Part shown: positions 10,647 through 20,766 of the stretch, in pieces
Position numbering within the stretch: position 1 is the stretch's first letter
Layout of the letters: every line of letters starts with the position of its first letter
Origin: an uncultured virus (IMG/VR IMGVR_UViG_3300025018_000106)
Lineage: Duplodnaviria; Heunggongvirae; Uroviricota; Caudoviricetes
Reading direction: 5' to 3' (one strand)
Length of the DNA: 64,000 bases
Virus record (IMG/VR): IMGVR_UViG_3300025018_000106
Position numbers and translations under genes: made by a program
Notes under the pieces: model-generated
The model's input: only the letters and a program-made list of their open reading frames with translations
Databases searched by the model: none
Told to the model about the DNA's origin: nothing

Positions 10647-10818
10647 ATGCAGAAGTTTCGGTGATGATCGGATAACCAGTTTCAACATAGATATCCTCGG
10701 CATCTTCCCAGGCTTCATCTTCGCTTTCAAAAACCGTTTCATCGTAACTGTTGTCGGTAACGGACACCTTGTAGGTTTCGGTGATCGGGTTGAAGTAAAT
10801 CACGACATATTCGTTCAT
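10645..10818 (-). CDS. Small acidic early protein, 57 aa (not in ORF track)
   Basis: MNEYVVIYFNPITETYKV...; GAGGT RBS; early promoter upstream. Confidence 0.75.
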   Translation of the reverse strand: MNEYVVIYFNPITETYKVSVTDNSYDETVFESEDEAWEDAEDIYVETGYPIITETSA

Positions 10819-10843
10819 GTGTCACCTCTTTCGTTACAACCTA

Positions 10844-10871
10844 AATATAGAGAATCACCCGCAAATGTCAA
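10844..10871 (-). promoter_or_regulatory. Early sigma70-type promoter with GANTC in spacer
   Basis: TTGACA-tttgcgggtGATTCtc-TATATT-taggttgtaac. Confidence 0.75.
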
Positions 10872-10881
10872 GAGGTAAAAC

Positions 10882-11373
10882 ATGGCAGGCACAAACTTTC
10901 TTTCCAGCGTAGAGTTTCGCTTCACTATCAAGAGACTACCTAACGTGGAGTTTTTCATTCAAGGCGCGAACCTACCTGGCATCAATACAGGTTACACGAC
11001 CCAGCCTTCGCCGTTCAAGAACATCTATCGTCACGGCGACAAACTAGAATACGATGAACTCATTCTGACGTGTATCGTGGATGAACAAATGCAGTCATAC
11101 ATCGAAACATGGAATTGGCTAGAATCACTCGCAAAACCACGTTCGTTCGATCAATACAAGGCGATAAAAGAGAGCGAGGACGGACTATACTCCGACGCTA
11201 CTCTGACCATTCTCAATAGCAGCAAGAATGCGAATATCGAAATCCAGTTTGAGGACCTTTTTCCAACCGCAGTCTCGGGTATCGAATTGGACACGAAACA
11301 GACGGACGTGAATCCACCGACCGTCACACTCACATTCCGATATAACGCTTACCGCATCAATGTTTTGTCTTGA
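10882..11373 (+). CDS. gp3: Tail completion/terminator protein
   Basis: NFLS..F.F...RLPNVEFF.Q.ANLPG, SDATLTILNS; T4-like synteny. Confidence 0.85.
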   Translation: MAGTNFLSSVEFRFTIKRLPNVEFFIQGANLPGINTGYTTQPSPFKNIYRHGDKLEYDELILTCIVDEQMQSYIETWNWLESLAKPRSFDQYKAIKESEDGLYSDATLTILNSSKNANIEIQFEDLFPTAVSGIELDTKQTDVNPPTVTLTFRYNAYRINVLS

Positions 11374-11425
11374 CATTTGAATGATTCTGGTCTATACTGA
11401 CACAGAATAAGTCTAGGAGTTTGGC

Positions 11426-11866
11426 ATGAAAATCGAAGATATCTACAAAGAGTGGGAAAAAGATAACGGTCTAGACCAGACCAATCTGACAGGCGAGACG
11501 CAACGCACGCCGAAACTCCACAACAAATACTTTCGTATCTACCTAGAGGAAGGTATGAAGTTGCGCAAGATGCGCGAAGAATACAAGAAGGTCAAACAGG
11601 ATCGTTTTGACTGGTACATCGGCAAACTCTCGCGTGAAGATATCGAAGAATATTCTTGGGGGCCTGGACCAGATCGAAACTACCTGAAACAAGAAGCGAA
11701 AGAGGCTCTTGATGCCGACAAACTGATGGTCGACATGACGCTCAAGATCGGTATGCAGGAAATGAAGGTCGAATATCTGGAGAGCATCATTCGTATGATA
11801 AACAACCGTGGATTCCAGATCAAGAACATGATTGACTGGGAGCGGTTCCGAACAGGATCGTTGTGA
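11426..11866 (+). CDS. uvsY: Recombination mediator
   Basis: PKLHNKY, RGFQIKNMIDWERF. Confidence 0.92.
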   Translation: MKIEDIYKEWEKDNGLDQTNLTGETQRTPKLHNKYFRIYLEEGMKLRKMREEYKKVKQDRFDWYIGKLSREDIEEYSWGPGPDRNYLKQEAKEALDADKLMVDMTLKIGMQEMKVEYLESIIRMINNRGFQIKNMIDWERFRTGSL

Positions 11867-12351
11867 TGGACGTAGTAGAATTTGCAGGCGATCTAAACAT
11901 AGAACTTCTAGAACCACAGGTCGCCTTTCTCAAAAGACAAGAGAACAAAAATCACCACTTTGAAATCTGGCCTAGACGTTCTGGTAAGACTGCCATGGCC
12001 AAGATCATGATATTGCACGCTCTATCAGAACAAAGCGACGTGCTGCTCTTGTCACCCGAGAATCATAACGGTTGGCAAATTCTCAATAGCATAGCAATAT
12101 CATACAAGAAACTCTATCCCAAGGCAAAGGTCGAACGCAAAGAAAGAGGTCTGTATCATTTCAACAACGGTGTGAACTGGCTCAAACACGCGACATACGA
12201 CACGGCTTCGAAATCGTCATTCTGGAAAGGCGTCCAGCCAGATTATATACATATGGATGAATACAAGCGCGCACCAGAGTCCTTTCGAGACATTTGGTAT
12301 GGCGACTTACAAACAGGATTCGACAAGATTACAGGATTATCTAGTGGCTGA
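11863..12351 (+). CDS. Small terminase-like P-loop ATPase domain protein
   Basis: LLEPQ, PRRSGKT Walker A, YIHMDE Walker B. Confidence 0.6.
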   Translation: MMDVVEFAGDLNIELLEPQVAFLKRQENKNHHFEIWPRRSGKTAMAKIMILHALSEQSDVLLLSPENHNGWQILNSIAISYKKLYPKAKVERKERGLYHFNNGVNWLKHATYDTASKSSFWKGVQPDYIHMDEYKRAPESFRDIWYGDLQTGFDKITGLSSG

Positions 12352-13801
12352 TGTTTACGTTGAAAAGATAAACGAAGTGCATGTGAAGGTTCATGCAGAG
12401 CCATCGATCAAGATGGAAATGTCTGAATACTTCGAATTTCATGTGCCTGGTTACCAGTTTATGCCCGCATACAAAAATCGTATGTGGGATGGTAAAATTC
12501 GTCTGCTCAACACCATGACCGGTATGATCTATGCCGGACTGACAGCCTACGTCAAGAAATTCTGTGACACGCGTGGTTACTCTATCGATATCGATCCCAA
12601 GATGCTTCCCGAAAACCAGTTTTTCGAGAACGCAGGATACGAACTCGCCAAAGACTTTGACACAGCGTTTGAACCGCATTACTACCAGAACGAAGCGGTA
12701 GCACACGGCCTGTATCACAATCGCGCTCTGTTCCTGTCACCTACAGCATCGGGTAAGTCCTTTACGATCTATCTTCTGGCGAGACACTTTGTAGAATCAG
12801 AAGGTCTACGCGTTCTTATCATCGTGCCTACCATATCACTTGTGTCTCAGATGGCAAGCGACTTTTTGGAATACAACAAGGGTCGCCCTCTAAACATTCA
12901 CAAGATCACCTCGGGTGTGGACAAGAACGTTGACGCCGATTACACCATCACGACCTGGCAATCCATCTACAAGATGCCACAGCAATGGTATGACCGTTTC
13001 GGCGTTGTGGTTGGTGACGAAGCGCATTTGTTCAAGGCCAAGTCACTCGCCAAGATTCTCGAAAAAACGCCTGACATTCGGTATCGTTACGGCCTGACAG
13101 GTTCACTTGACGACTCTCAGACACACCGTCTTGTTCTGGAAGGTCTCTTTGGTCCTGTCTACAAGGTGACAAGGACCAAGACGCTCATCGAAGAAGGTAA
13201 GTTGGCAGACTTTGGTATCAAGGTACCGATCCTTCAGTATGACGACGCGTCACGCAAGGTTGTGTCAAAACTGACATACCAAGAGGAGATGGACTGGATC
13301 GTTTCGAACCACAACCGAAACAAGTTTATCCGCAATCTCGCACACTCACTCAAAGGCAACACACTGGTTCTGTTCCAGTATGTCGAAAAACACGGCAAGG
13401 TTCTGTTGCCGATGTTGGAATCGGACGACCACCGTATTCATTACGTTGACGGTTCCGTGGATGCGGAGGCGCGCGAGGAGGTTCGTCGCGTCTGTGAAGC
13501 GACCACAGGTAACATCGTGCTTGCGTCCTATGGCACTTTCTCCACGGGCATAAATATCAAGAGACTGGACAACGTGATCTTCGCGTCACCGTCGAAGTCC
13601 AAGATTCGTAACCTTCAGTCTATCGGCCGCGTCTTGCGTGTTGGCAATGGCAAGACCAAAGCGACCTTGTATGACATTGTGGATGATCTACAGTGGAAAA
13701 GTCGCAAGAACTTCGCAGTCAAGCACTTTCTCGAAAGAGTGAAAATTTACAATGATGAAGGCTTTGAATTCAAGGTCTACAACGTTCCGATGAAAGGATA
13801 A
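12344..13801 (+). CDS. uvsW: SF2 DNA helicase
   Basis: WDGKIRL, SPTASGKS, DEAH, LQSIGRVLR; GTG start inferred. Confidence 0.96.
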   Translation: MADVYVEKINEVHVKVHAEPSIKMEMSEYFEFHVPGYQFMPAYKNRMWDGKIRLLNTMTGMIYAGLTAYVKKFCDTRGYSIDIDPKMLPENQFFENAGYELAKDFDTAFEPHYYQNEAVAHGLYHNRALFLSPTASGKSFTIYLLARHFVESEGLRVLIIVPTISLVSQMASDFLEYNKGRPLNIHKITSGVDKNVDADYTITTWQSIYKMPQQWYDRFGVVVGDEAHLFKAKSLAKILEKTPDIRYRYGLTGSLDDSQTHRLVLEGLFGPVYKVTRTKTLIEEGKLADFGIKVPILQYDDASRKVVSKLTYQEEMDWIVSNHNRNKFIRNLAHSLKGNTLVLFQYVEKHGKVLLPMLESDDHRIHYVDGSVDAEAREEVRRVCEATTGNIVLASYGTFSTGINIKRLDNVIFASPSKSKIRNLQSIGRVLRVGNGKTKATLYDIVDDLQWKSRKNFAVKHFLERVKIYNDEGFEFKVYNVPMKG

Positions 13802-13804
13802 CAC

Positions 13805-14158
13805 ATGGCGAACATGATTTAACTCAAGAACGGCGCAGATATCGTTGGTTACCTCACCGAAGAACACGACAAGTATATTCTGGTCGAGAAGCCGGTTGAA
13901 ATGCAGGTCGATCCTGAGTTTGGTTTCTTTGCGAAATCTTACCTACTGCTAGCGCAGGGCGATACCGCCAGATTCAACAAGAGTGACCTTCTGCTTCTGG
14001 CGCCTGCAAACGACAAGGCAATTCGCTACTACGAGGAGTTTTCTGGTCGCCTGGACGAAATTCAAGCATCGCGCGAGGACTTTGACCCAGAAGAACTTGA
14101 AGATATCGAGGACACGATGCGCGCCTTGCTCGAATCGCGCATGAGCACGAAGCACTGA
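13805..14158 (+). pseudogene. Conserved small protein with in-frame TAA at 13820-13822 (likely error for AAA)
   Basis: MANMI*LKNGADIVG is in frame with the 13901 ORF; RBS upstream of 13805. Confidence 0.65.
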
Positions 14159-14276
14159 GCCTAGGTCTCATGACCGGGCAGTAGCCGATTATACCAAAAA
14201 AAGCCGTCCTGGCAAGCACTTTCTGCTCTTGACAAGTGGTGTGTGAATGTGATAAGAATGGAGAACATGTATCAAT

Positions 14277-14822
14277 ATGGCAAAAAACTACGTTAACAAC
14301 GCTGACTTTCTAGAAGCGATCATCAAATACAAGAAACTGTGCCAAGAGGCAGAAGATTCGGGCGACGAACAACCTATCGTGCCAAACTTCATCGGGACAT
14401 GCTTGTATCAGATTGCTAACAGACTGGCAACCAAACCCAACTTCTCGGGTTACTCTTACAAAGACGAAATGATTGCAGACGGGTTGGAGAACGCGATTCA
14501 AGCGTTGAACAACTTCGATCCCGAAAAGTCGAGCAACCCGTTCGCATACTTTACCCAGATCATCTGGTATGCCTTCCTGAGGCGAATCGAAAAAGAGAAA
14601 AAGCAACTCTACATTCGACATAAGGTGGTCGAGAATTCTATGATCCAAGGCACCATCATCGAAAAGGAAAGTGGTGATGCGGGTGAAGCAGGGTTCGTTG
14701 ACTTGAACAATGATTATATGAACGACTTCGTTGAAGGTTTTGAAAAGAAGATGGAACAGAAACGAGCCAAGTCTGCCAAGACCAAGAAAGGGCTCGAAAA
14801 GTTTGTGGAGGATGATGATTGA
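14277..14822 (+). CDS. gp55: Late transcription sigma factor
   Basis: YVNN, NFSGYSYKDEMIADG, NPFAYFTQIIWYAFLRRI. Confidence 0.97.
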   Translation: MAKNYVNNADFLEAIIKYKKLCQEAEDSGDEQPIVPNFIGTCLYQIANRLATKPNFSGYSYKDEMIADGLENAIQALNNFDPEKSSNPFAYFTQIIWYAFLRRIEKEKKQLYIRHKVVENSMIQGTIIEKESGDAGEAGFVDLNNDYMNDFVEGFEKKMEQKRAKSAKTKKGLEKFVEDDD

Positions 14823-15244
14823 TAAGTGAACGTCTACATGAAATGTTGGAGCGAAACAAACGCTTCAGTGACGATCCCGACACGCAAATTTCTTGCGTGA
14901 TTGTTACGAAAGACGGCCGTGAAATCTGGGGTGCCAACCGTTTGCCTATCGGTCTGCATCCGCACGATGTATCTCTGGAACGTCCCGAGAAGTATGATTG
15001 GATCGAACATGCCGAAAGACATGCGATCTTTGAATGTGCTCTGTCAGGCACTTCCACCTACCGAGCAAAGATGTATCTGACAGGTTTTCCATGTGTCGAA
15101 TGTGCCCGCGCTATTGTCAACTCGGGTATCGCAGAACTGCATTGCAAACCAGCCAAATTTTTTGACGTTGAACGTTACAAGTTTGACAAGTCACGCCGTA
15201 TTCTGGAGGCTGGTGGTGTGACCATCTATGAGGACTATGAATGA
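14819..15244 (+). CDS. cd: dCMP deaminase
   Basis: HAE and PCVECA zinc deaminase motifs. Confidence 0.85.
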   Translation: MISERLHEMLERNKRFSDDPDTQISCVIVTKDGREIWGANRLPIGLHPHDVSLERPEKYDWIEHAERHAIFECALSGTSTYRAKMYLTGFPCVECARAIVNSGIAELHCKPAKFFDVERYKFDKSRRILEAGGVTIYEDYE

Positions 15245-16308
15245 AAATCGCTGTGATTACGGACACTCACTGGGGCGCAAGAAACGACAATGCTGCCTTC
15301 GCTGAGTATTTCAAGAAATTCTACCGTGAAGTGTTCTTTCCCAAACTAGACGAACTGGGCATTCGAACCGTTCTGCACCTTGGTGATCTGGTCGACCGTC
15401 GCAAATATATCAACTATGTGACGGCGAAGAACCTTGAGGACGAGTTTATGCGGCCTCTGGCGGAACGCGGTATCGTTCTGCACCTGGTTCTAGGCAACCA
15501 CGACACCTATTACAAGAACACGAATGAAGTCAACGGACCGATGCAACTATACGGCCGGTCCTCTTACGATAACGTCTTTATCTACGGCAATGAACCTGTT
15601 GAACTGGAACTTGGCAACACCACCGTCATGTTGTCGCCTTGGATTTGTGCCGACAACTCGAAAGTGACCTTCGAAGCGTTCCGAGACACCAAGGCACAAG
15701 TCTTGATGGGTCACTTCGAAATCCAGGGTTTCGAAATGATGAAAGGTCACCTCTGCGATCACGGGATTGAAGTGAAACTATTCGACAAGTTTGACTCGGT
15801 CTACTCGGGCCACTTCCACCACCCATCGTCGCACAACAATATCACCTATCTTGGTGCACCATACGAAATGACATGGACCGACTTCGAAGGCAAGCGAGGA
15901 TTCCATATCTTCGATACTGACGACAGAACCATGACGTTTGTGCCGAACCCTTTCCGCATGTTCCACAAGATCATGTATGACGACAAGGACATGACCATCG
16001 AAGATGTTGCCAACCTTGATACTTCAAGCTTGACAAACACGCATATCAAGGTTATAGTCCGTGAGAAGTCTAATCCATATATCTTCGACCTGTTCCTTGA
16101 CCGTCTGCAACAGTCTGGCGCAGCGGATATCAAGGTCGTTGAAGATCACATGAACCTGGACGCTGTAGACGAAAACGATTTACTGGACGAAGCGCAAGAT
16201 ACACTCACCATCCTGAAACAATACGTTGATGGTCTTGACGTGAAACACGACAAGACCAAGGTCGAGTCTTGCCTTCGCGAGCTTTATCAGGAGGCAATGT
16301 CTCTATGA
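15241..16308 (+). CDS. gp47: Recombination nuclease (Mre11-like)
   Basis: DTHWG, GDLVD, GNHD, SGHFH. Confidence 0.96.
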   Translation: MKIAVITDTHWGARNDNAAFAEYFKKFYREVFFPKLDELGIRTVLHLGDLVDRRKYINYVTAKNLEDEFMRPLAERGIVLHLVLGNHDTYYKNTNEVNGPMQLYGRSSYDNVFIYGNEPVELELGNTTVMLSPWICADNSKVTFEAFRDTKAQVLMGHFEIQGFEMMKGHLCDHGIEVKLFDKFDSVYSGHFHHPSSHNNITYLGAPYEMTWTDFEGKRGFHIFDTDDRTMTFVPNPFRMFHKIMYDDKDMTIEDVANLDTSSLTNTHIKVIVREKSNPYIFDLFLDRLQQSGAADIKVVEDHMNLDAVDENDLLDEAQDTLTILKQYVDGLDVKHDKTKVESCLRELYQEAMSL

Positions 16309-16400
16309 TCTGGGAGGACCTGGATTTAGAAGAACAACTGGTCTGGTTATCTCGGGCAAGATACCTCATAGAAAGAGGTTACTTGCCCGGGCGTCGCTAA
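16305..16400 (+). CDS. Small ORF, 31 aa, possibly truncated by the endonuclease insertion
   Basis: ATGA overlap with gp47; MIWEDLDLEEQLVWLSRARYLIERGY. Confidence 0.45.
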   Translation: MIWEDLDLEEQLVWLSRARYLIERGYLPGRR

Positions 16401-17086
16401 GAGGATGTTTGAACGGCGCGGTAACCCTTATGGCTTCGGTTTTGACCCTTCGCAACCCTGAACATGCAGACATGGTTTAGACCTCTTTCCTTGCAAAATC
16501 TTCGCAGGTTGTGCAATCTAATCTCGCGACCTTCGGGGTCGTCGATAAACGACCACTCCGTAGCGTTCGCATCGCCTATCTTTCGACGGTGTTCTTCCGA
16601 AACGGTCTTGCCTTCGAAATTTTTGTTTCCCTTGAGTCTCTCTGAAATCTTCTTTCTGGTCTCTTTGGAAAACTTACGACCTTTCAAGGATTCGGCTCTC
16701 TTGCACACCGCATCAGGACTTTGTTTCTTACCCAACTTTGCTTCGCGCATCTTCTGCCTGGATTCTTCACTAGGTGAATATCCCGTAGAACCTTGTCCGC
16801 CTTCTGTTAGGTTATAACCAACCGGCATATCGTTGCTGTTGTGTTCTGCGATATATCTTGGTTCTAGAATATCATAGGCTTCGCGTTCGTCTTTCGTCTC
16901 CGCTATGACCTCTTGTTCAAAGGATTCCCAACCATACTTACGAATGGCTTTGGAAATCAGAAAATCATTTGAAGCATAACTGTGTTCTCGCATACGCTTT
17001 TTGAGGTTGTTAGTCACGCCTATATAAACTTTGCCGTTGACTTTGTTCGTCAAACGGTATATACTGTATGTAACTGAATCTTCCAT
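16397..17086 (-). CDS. GIY-YIG homing endonuclease with NUMOD3 repeats (Seg-like)
   Basis: SIY..TNKVNGKVYIG, GYNLTEGG, SEESRQKM/SKETRKKIS repeats; antisense between gp47 and gp46; own late promoter near 17121-17128. Confidence 0.93.
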   Translation of the reverse strand: MEDSVTYSIYRLTNKVNGKVYIGVTNNLKKRMREHSYASNDFLISKAIRKYGWESFEQEVIAETKDEREAYDILEPRYIAEHNSNDMPVGYNLTEGGQGSTGYSPSEESRQKMREAKLGKKQSPDAVCKRAESLKGRKFSKETRKKISERLKGNKNFEGKTVSEEHRRKIGDANATEWSFIDDPEGREIRLHNLRRFCKERGLNHVCMFRVAKGQNRSHKGYRAVQTSS

Positions 17087-17144
17087 CGAATCACCTATTT
17101 ATCTATTGTGGTTCGTTTACTATTTATAAGGAAAGGAATCTTGC

Positions 17145-18854
17145 GTGCTGCATTTTGAGCGTGTAAGGTGGAAAAATATGCTTTCCACTGGCAATAACTG
17201 GACTGAAATCCAATTAGACAAATCTCGCACAACTCTAATTATTGGTGAGAACGGTGCCGGTAAATCGACCATGCTGGATGCTATTTCGTTTGCTCTTTAC
17301 GGCAAACCTTTTAGACCTATACGAAAACCTCAGCTCATGAACAGCATCAACCAGAAGTCGCTTGAGGTCGAGGTGTTCTTTCGCTCGGGTAGTCGGTCAT
17401 ATAAGGTTCGCCGCGGCATCAAACCGAACATCTTTGAAGTCTGGCGCGACGGCGAACTTCTGAACCAAGACGCCGCGTCTCGCGACTATCAGGCATATCT
17501 GGAGGAGAACATCCTGAAATTGAACCACAAGTCATTCGGGCAAGTGGTTGTTCTGGGTTCTTCCACGTTCGTTCCGTTCATGCAATTGCCGGCCGCCGCA
17601 AGACGTTCCGTGATTGAGGACTTGCTTGACATTCAAATTTTCACAATCATGAATACGTTGCTGAAAGAACGTGTCTCCGAGAACAAGTCCGAGATTCAGG
17701 AAATCAAGTATCAGATTGACCTGTTCAAGAACAAGATCGAATCTGCCAAGTCGCATAACGAGTCCATTCGTCGCATGAAGGAGACCGAGGTCGGTCGCCT
17801 GAAAGAAAAGATGAAGGAACAACTAGACTACATCGAAGGCGAGAAAGCGGCAATCGACGTTCTCATGGACGAAGTGGAAGGTCTGGTTCAAAGTATCGCT
17901 GACAAGGCCGCCGTTCAAAAGAAACTGTCTGACCTACAAGAGGTTGAACGCGAACTTCGCGGTCGTCAGCGCACTCTACAGAAAGACATGCAATTCTTTG
18001 AAAGTCACGACAACTGCCCCACCTGCAAGCAGGACATCGAACACGACTTCAAGGAGGAAAAGGTCGCTAAGTCCAAGTCGAAGGTTGAAGAAATCGACAA
18101 GGCGCTGGGTCAACTTACCGAGAGGTTCGAAAAAGTCACGGTTCGCTTGTCTGAAATCGACGCGGTCGAGACTACTATCTCCGCCAAGAACCTTGAAATG
18201 AGCGAACACCGCGCGAACGTCAAACTCGCTATGACGACATGTAAGGGTATCAAAGATGAACTGGTGAACGCGGAGAAAGAGGTCGAAGCAATCGACACAA
18301 CCGAAATCCGCGATCTAGAGGACGAACTGGCCGCCTATCACAACAAGCAGAACCAACTATTTGATACGCGCGAAACCCTTGGCATAGTCAGCACACTGTT
18401 GAAAGACGGCGGCATCAAGACCAAGATCATCAAGCAGTATGTGCCTGTGATGAACAAGCTCATCAACAAGTATCTGGCTGCGATGGACTTCTTTGTGCAA
18501 TTCGAACTGGACGAGAATTTTAACGAGTCGATCAAGTCGCGTTTCCGCGATGAATTTTCTTACGGTTCGTTCTCGGAAGGCGAGAAGCTGCGGATCGACC
18601 TGGCCCTGTTGTTCACATGGCGCACTGTGTCGAAACTCCGCAACTCGGTGTCAACGAACCTGCTCATAATGGACGAGATTATGGACAGCTCACTGGACGC
18701 TGCTGGCACCGAGGAATTCCTCAAGATCATAAATGAGTTGACAAACGACTCGAATGTGTTTATTATCAGTCACAAAGGCGACCAACTATACGACAAGTTT
18801 GAAGAAGTGATCCGTTTCGAGAAAGTCAAGAACTTCTCGCGCATCGCTGCATAA
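17145..18854 (+). CDS. gp46: Recombination ATPase (Rad50-like)
   Basis: GENGAGKST, CPTC zinc hook, FSEGEK, MDE, ISHK. Confidence 0.97.
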   Translation: MLHFERVRWKNMLSTGNNWTEIQLDKSRTTLIIGENGAGKSTMLDAISFALYGKPFRPIRKPQLMNSINQKSLEVEVFFRSGSRSYKVRRGIKPNIFEVWRDGELLNQDAASRDYQAYLEENILKLNHKSFGQVVVLGSSTFVPFMQLPAAARRSVIEDLLDIQIFTIMNTLLKERVSENKSEIQEIKYQIDLFKNKIESAKSHNESIRRMKETEVGRLKEKMKEQLDYIEGEKAAIDVLMDEVEGLVQSIADKAAVQKKLSDLQEVERELRGRQRTLQKDMQFFESHDNCPTCKQDIEHDFKEEKVAKSKSKVEEIDKALGQLTERFEKVTVRLSEIDAVETTISAKNLEMSEHRANVKLAMTTCKGIKDELVNAEKEVEAIDTTEIRDLEDELAAYHNKQNQLFDTRETLGIVSTLLKDGGIKTKIIKQYVPVMNKLINKYLAAMDFFVQFELDENFNESIKSRFRDEFSYGSFSEGEKLRIDLALLFTWRTVSKLRNSVSTNLLIMDEIMDSSLDAAGTEEFLKIINELTNDSNVFIISHKGDQLYDKFEEVIRFEKVKNFSRIAA

Positions 18855-18863
18855 GAGGTGACC

Positions 18864-20177
18864 ATGGATATCGAAGAACAGTGGAAACTATTCCAAGAAC
18901 AATACCCGGTAGAGAATGTGCCGGTTGTGACAGACGAAGAATTGCGTGAAGCGCTCAACCGCGACCTTGGGCGAGTCTCGCAAATGACCGTTGGTGAATA
19001 CACTTTGTATCAGAAGTGGCTTGAGGTCAAGCAGAAATATCCGACCCGGGAGGTTCAGACGCTTTTCGGCACCGAGAAACAATTGGTCGACCTTGAACAA
19101 GAACGCATCTTGAAAGAGGTTCGCGCCAACATGTGGTGTCCGGAGAGTCCTGACGACTATCTGGAACTTCAACCGACAATGGTCTACACCGACGACTCGG
19201 GCACCGAGGCGGTGGCTGCTCTTGGTGGCACGACCGAGATTGAACGCAAGCGCACCAAAGACCTGCCTGAAAAGTGGAACGCACTTCGCACCTTTTCTTC
19301 GACCATGAAGAACAACTCCAACATCGGTCGCAGCCTGAACTTCTTTCTGGAAGACCAGGTGACGGGCAAGTATCTGGGTGTTATCTGTATCTCCAGTGAC
19401 TTTCTTGATCTGACGCCGCGTGACAACTGGATTGGTTGGGAGCGTGAGAAAAAGACGCAAGGTCACATGATTAACTACACGGCCATCGGTTCAACGATTG
19501 TGCCGACACAACCACTCGGCTACAACTATGTTGGTGGTAAACTGCTCGCGCTGTTCTGCCTGTCTGACACCGTGCAAAAACTCTGGAAGCAACAATACGG
19601 CGACGTTCTGGTTGGCGTTACAACGACTTCGCTCTATGGTAAGACCAAGGCGGGCGGTCTGTCTCAGTATGACAACCTGAAGCACTGGAAAAAGATGGGT
19701 TATTCATCGGGTTCTGTCTCATACGAAGCGACCCGAGAAACGCAATACATGATCCGCAACTGGTTGCACCGGAACCACACGCGCAAGTATTTTGAGTGGT
19801 ATGCTGCGAAGAAAGACACAGGTCAACCATACAAGCGCGATCACCGCAACCGTTCATACACGTTCACCTACAACAAACTCGGTATCGACAAGAACCTGAT
19901 TAGCTCCGCGCACCAGCGTGGCATCTACTTCTCGCCGTTGTATGACAACACGCGGGAGTTTCTACGCGGCGAAATCGCCGAAGTCGATCTGGTGAAATCG
20001 TTCGACACGAGTGAAGAATATCTTGCCAACTTGTGGAAAACAAAGTATGCAAGTAAGCGTATCAAGAGTCTGGTGAGTCAGTACCGAGTGAGTGACGAAG
20101 TGTTGTTCTACGATGATCTTATCTATATGTCGTGGGAAGAAGTGAAAGAGAAGTATCTAACACAGGTGGGACGATGA
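18864..20177 (+). CDS. DUF4338 (DruA-like) protein, predicted GNAT/Mom-like fold
   Basis: IVPTQPLGYNYVGGKLLA, TTTSLYG, SQYD, WKKMG; paralog at 27075. Confidence 0.7.
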   Translation: MDIEEQWKLFQEQYPVENVPVVTDEELREALNRDLGRVSQMTVGEYTLYQKWLEVKQKYPTREVQTLFGTEKQLVDLEQERILKEVRANMWCPESPDDYLELQPTMVYTDDSGTEAVAALGGTTEIERKRTKDLPEKWNALRTFSSTMKNNSNIGRSLNFFLEDQVTGKYLGVICISSDFLDLTPRDNWIGWEREKKTQGHMINYTAIGSTIVPTQPLGYNYVGGKLLALFCLSDTVQKLWKQQYGDVLVGVTTTSLYGKTKAGGLSQYDNLKHWKKMGYSSGSVSYEATRETQYMIRNWLHRNHTRKYFEWYAAKKDTGQPYKRDHRNRSYTFTYNKLGIDKNLISSAHQRGIYFSPLYDNTREFLRGEIAEVDLVKSFDTSEEYLANLWKTKYASKRIKSLVSQYRVSDEVLFYDDLIYMSWEEVKEKYLTQVGR

Positions 20178-20729
20178 TTACACTTTATGATGATGAAGTG
20201 ATTTACAAGAGTAAATCGGTTGAAGATTTTCTGGACATATTATATGCGAGAAGTGAACCGTGTTTTGAGTGTCTTGGAAAAAGGCCCGAGATACGTCATT
20301 TTGCCGGAAGGTCCGCACGCTCCCAAGGCTTTTAGAATTCTTGACAGCAAAGGTCAGAAGATCGTGTTGTCAGGAAGGAAAGGCGTCTATCTCTACTGGG
20401 CTAAAGGCGTTCCTCTTTATGTCGGAGAGAGCTCCACCTGCTTGCGCGATAGACTTGGATACTTTATCGCTTCCGTCTGGGACAAATCACATTCGAGTGA
20501 GAATCACCACGGCGGAAACGTATATCGTATGTTGCACGGCACCGGAAATTTTGACGATTTGCTCTATTCATATGTTGAAGTTGATGAAAAGAGGTTTGAC
20601 ACCAAATCACTCGAAGCTATGGCGGTGCAATATTTCAATCCTTCTTACAAACACCACCTAGAAGAATACAAGCGCGAAAAAATGGTCGAAGAATATGATG
20701 GGCATACCTTGGAGTCGTTTTTTTCTTGA
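20174..20729 (+). CDS. GIY-YIG-family nuclease, apparent +1 frameshift at T-run 20227-20230
   Basis: GVYLYW..PLYVGES..LRDRL; MITLYDDEV N-terminus joins if one T is removed. Confidence 0.6.
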
Positions 20730-20756
20730 CACGGTCGCCGGTTTCGTGTATAAATA
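20726..20756 (+). promoter_or_regulatory. Overlapping sigma70 and late promoter
   Basis: TTGACA-17 nt-TATAAATA, about 10 nt upstream of the tRNA-Gly-like gene. Confidence 0.8.
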
Positions 20757-20766
20757 GACTTTAGAT

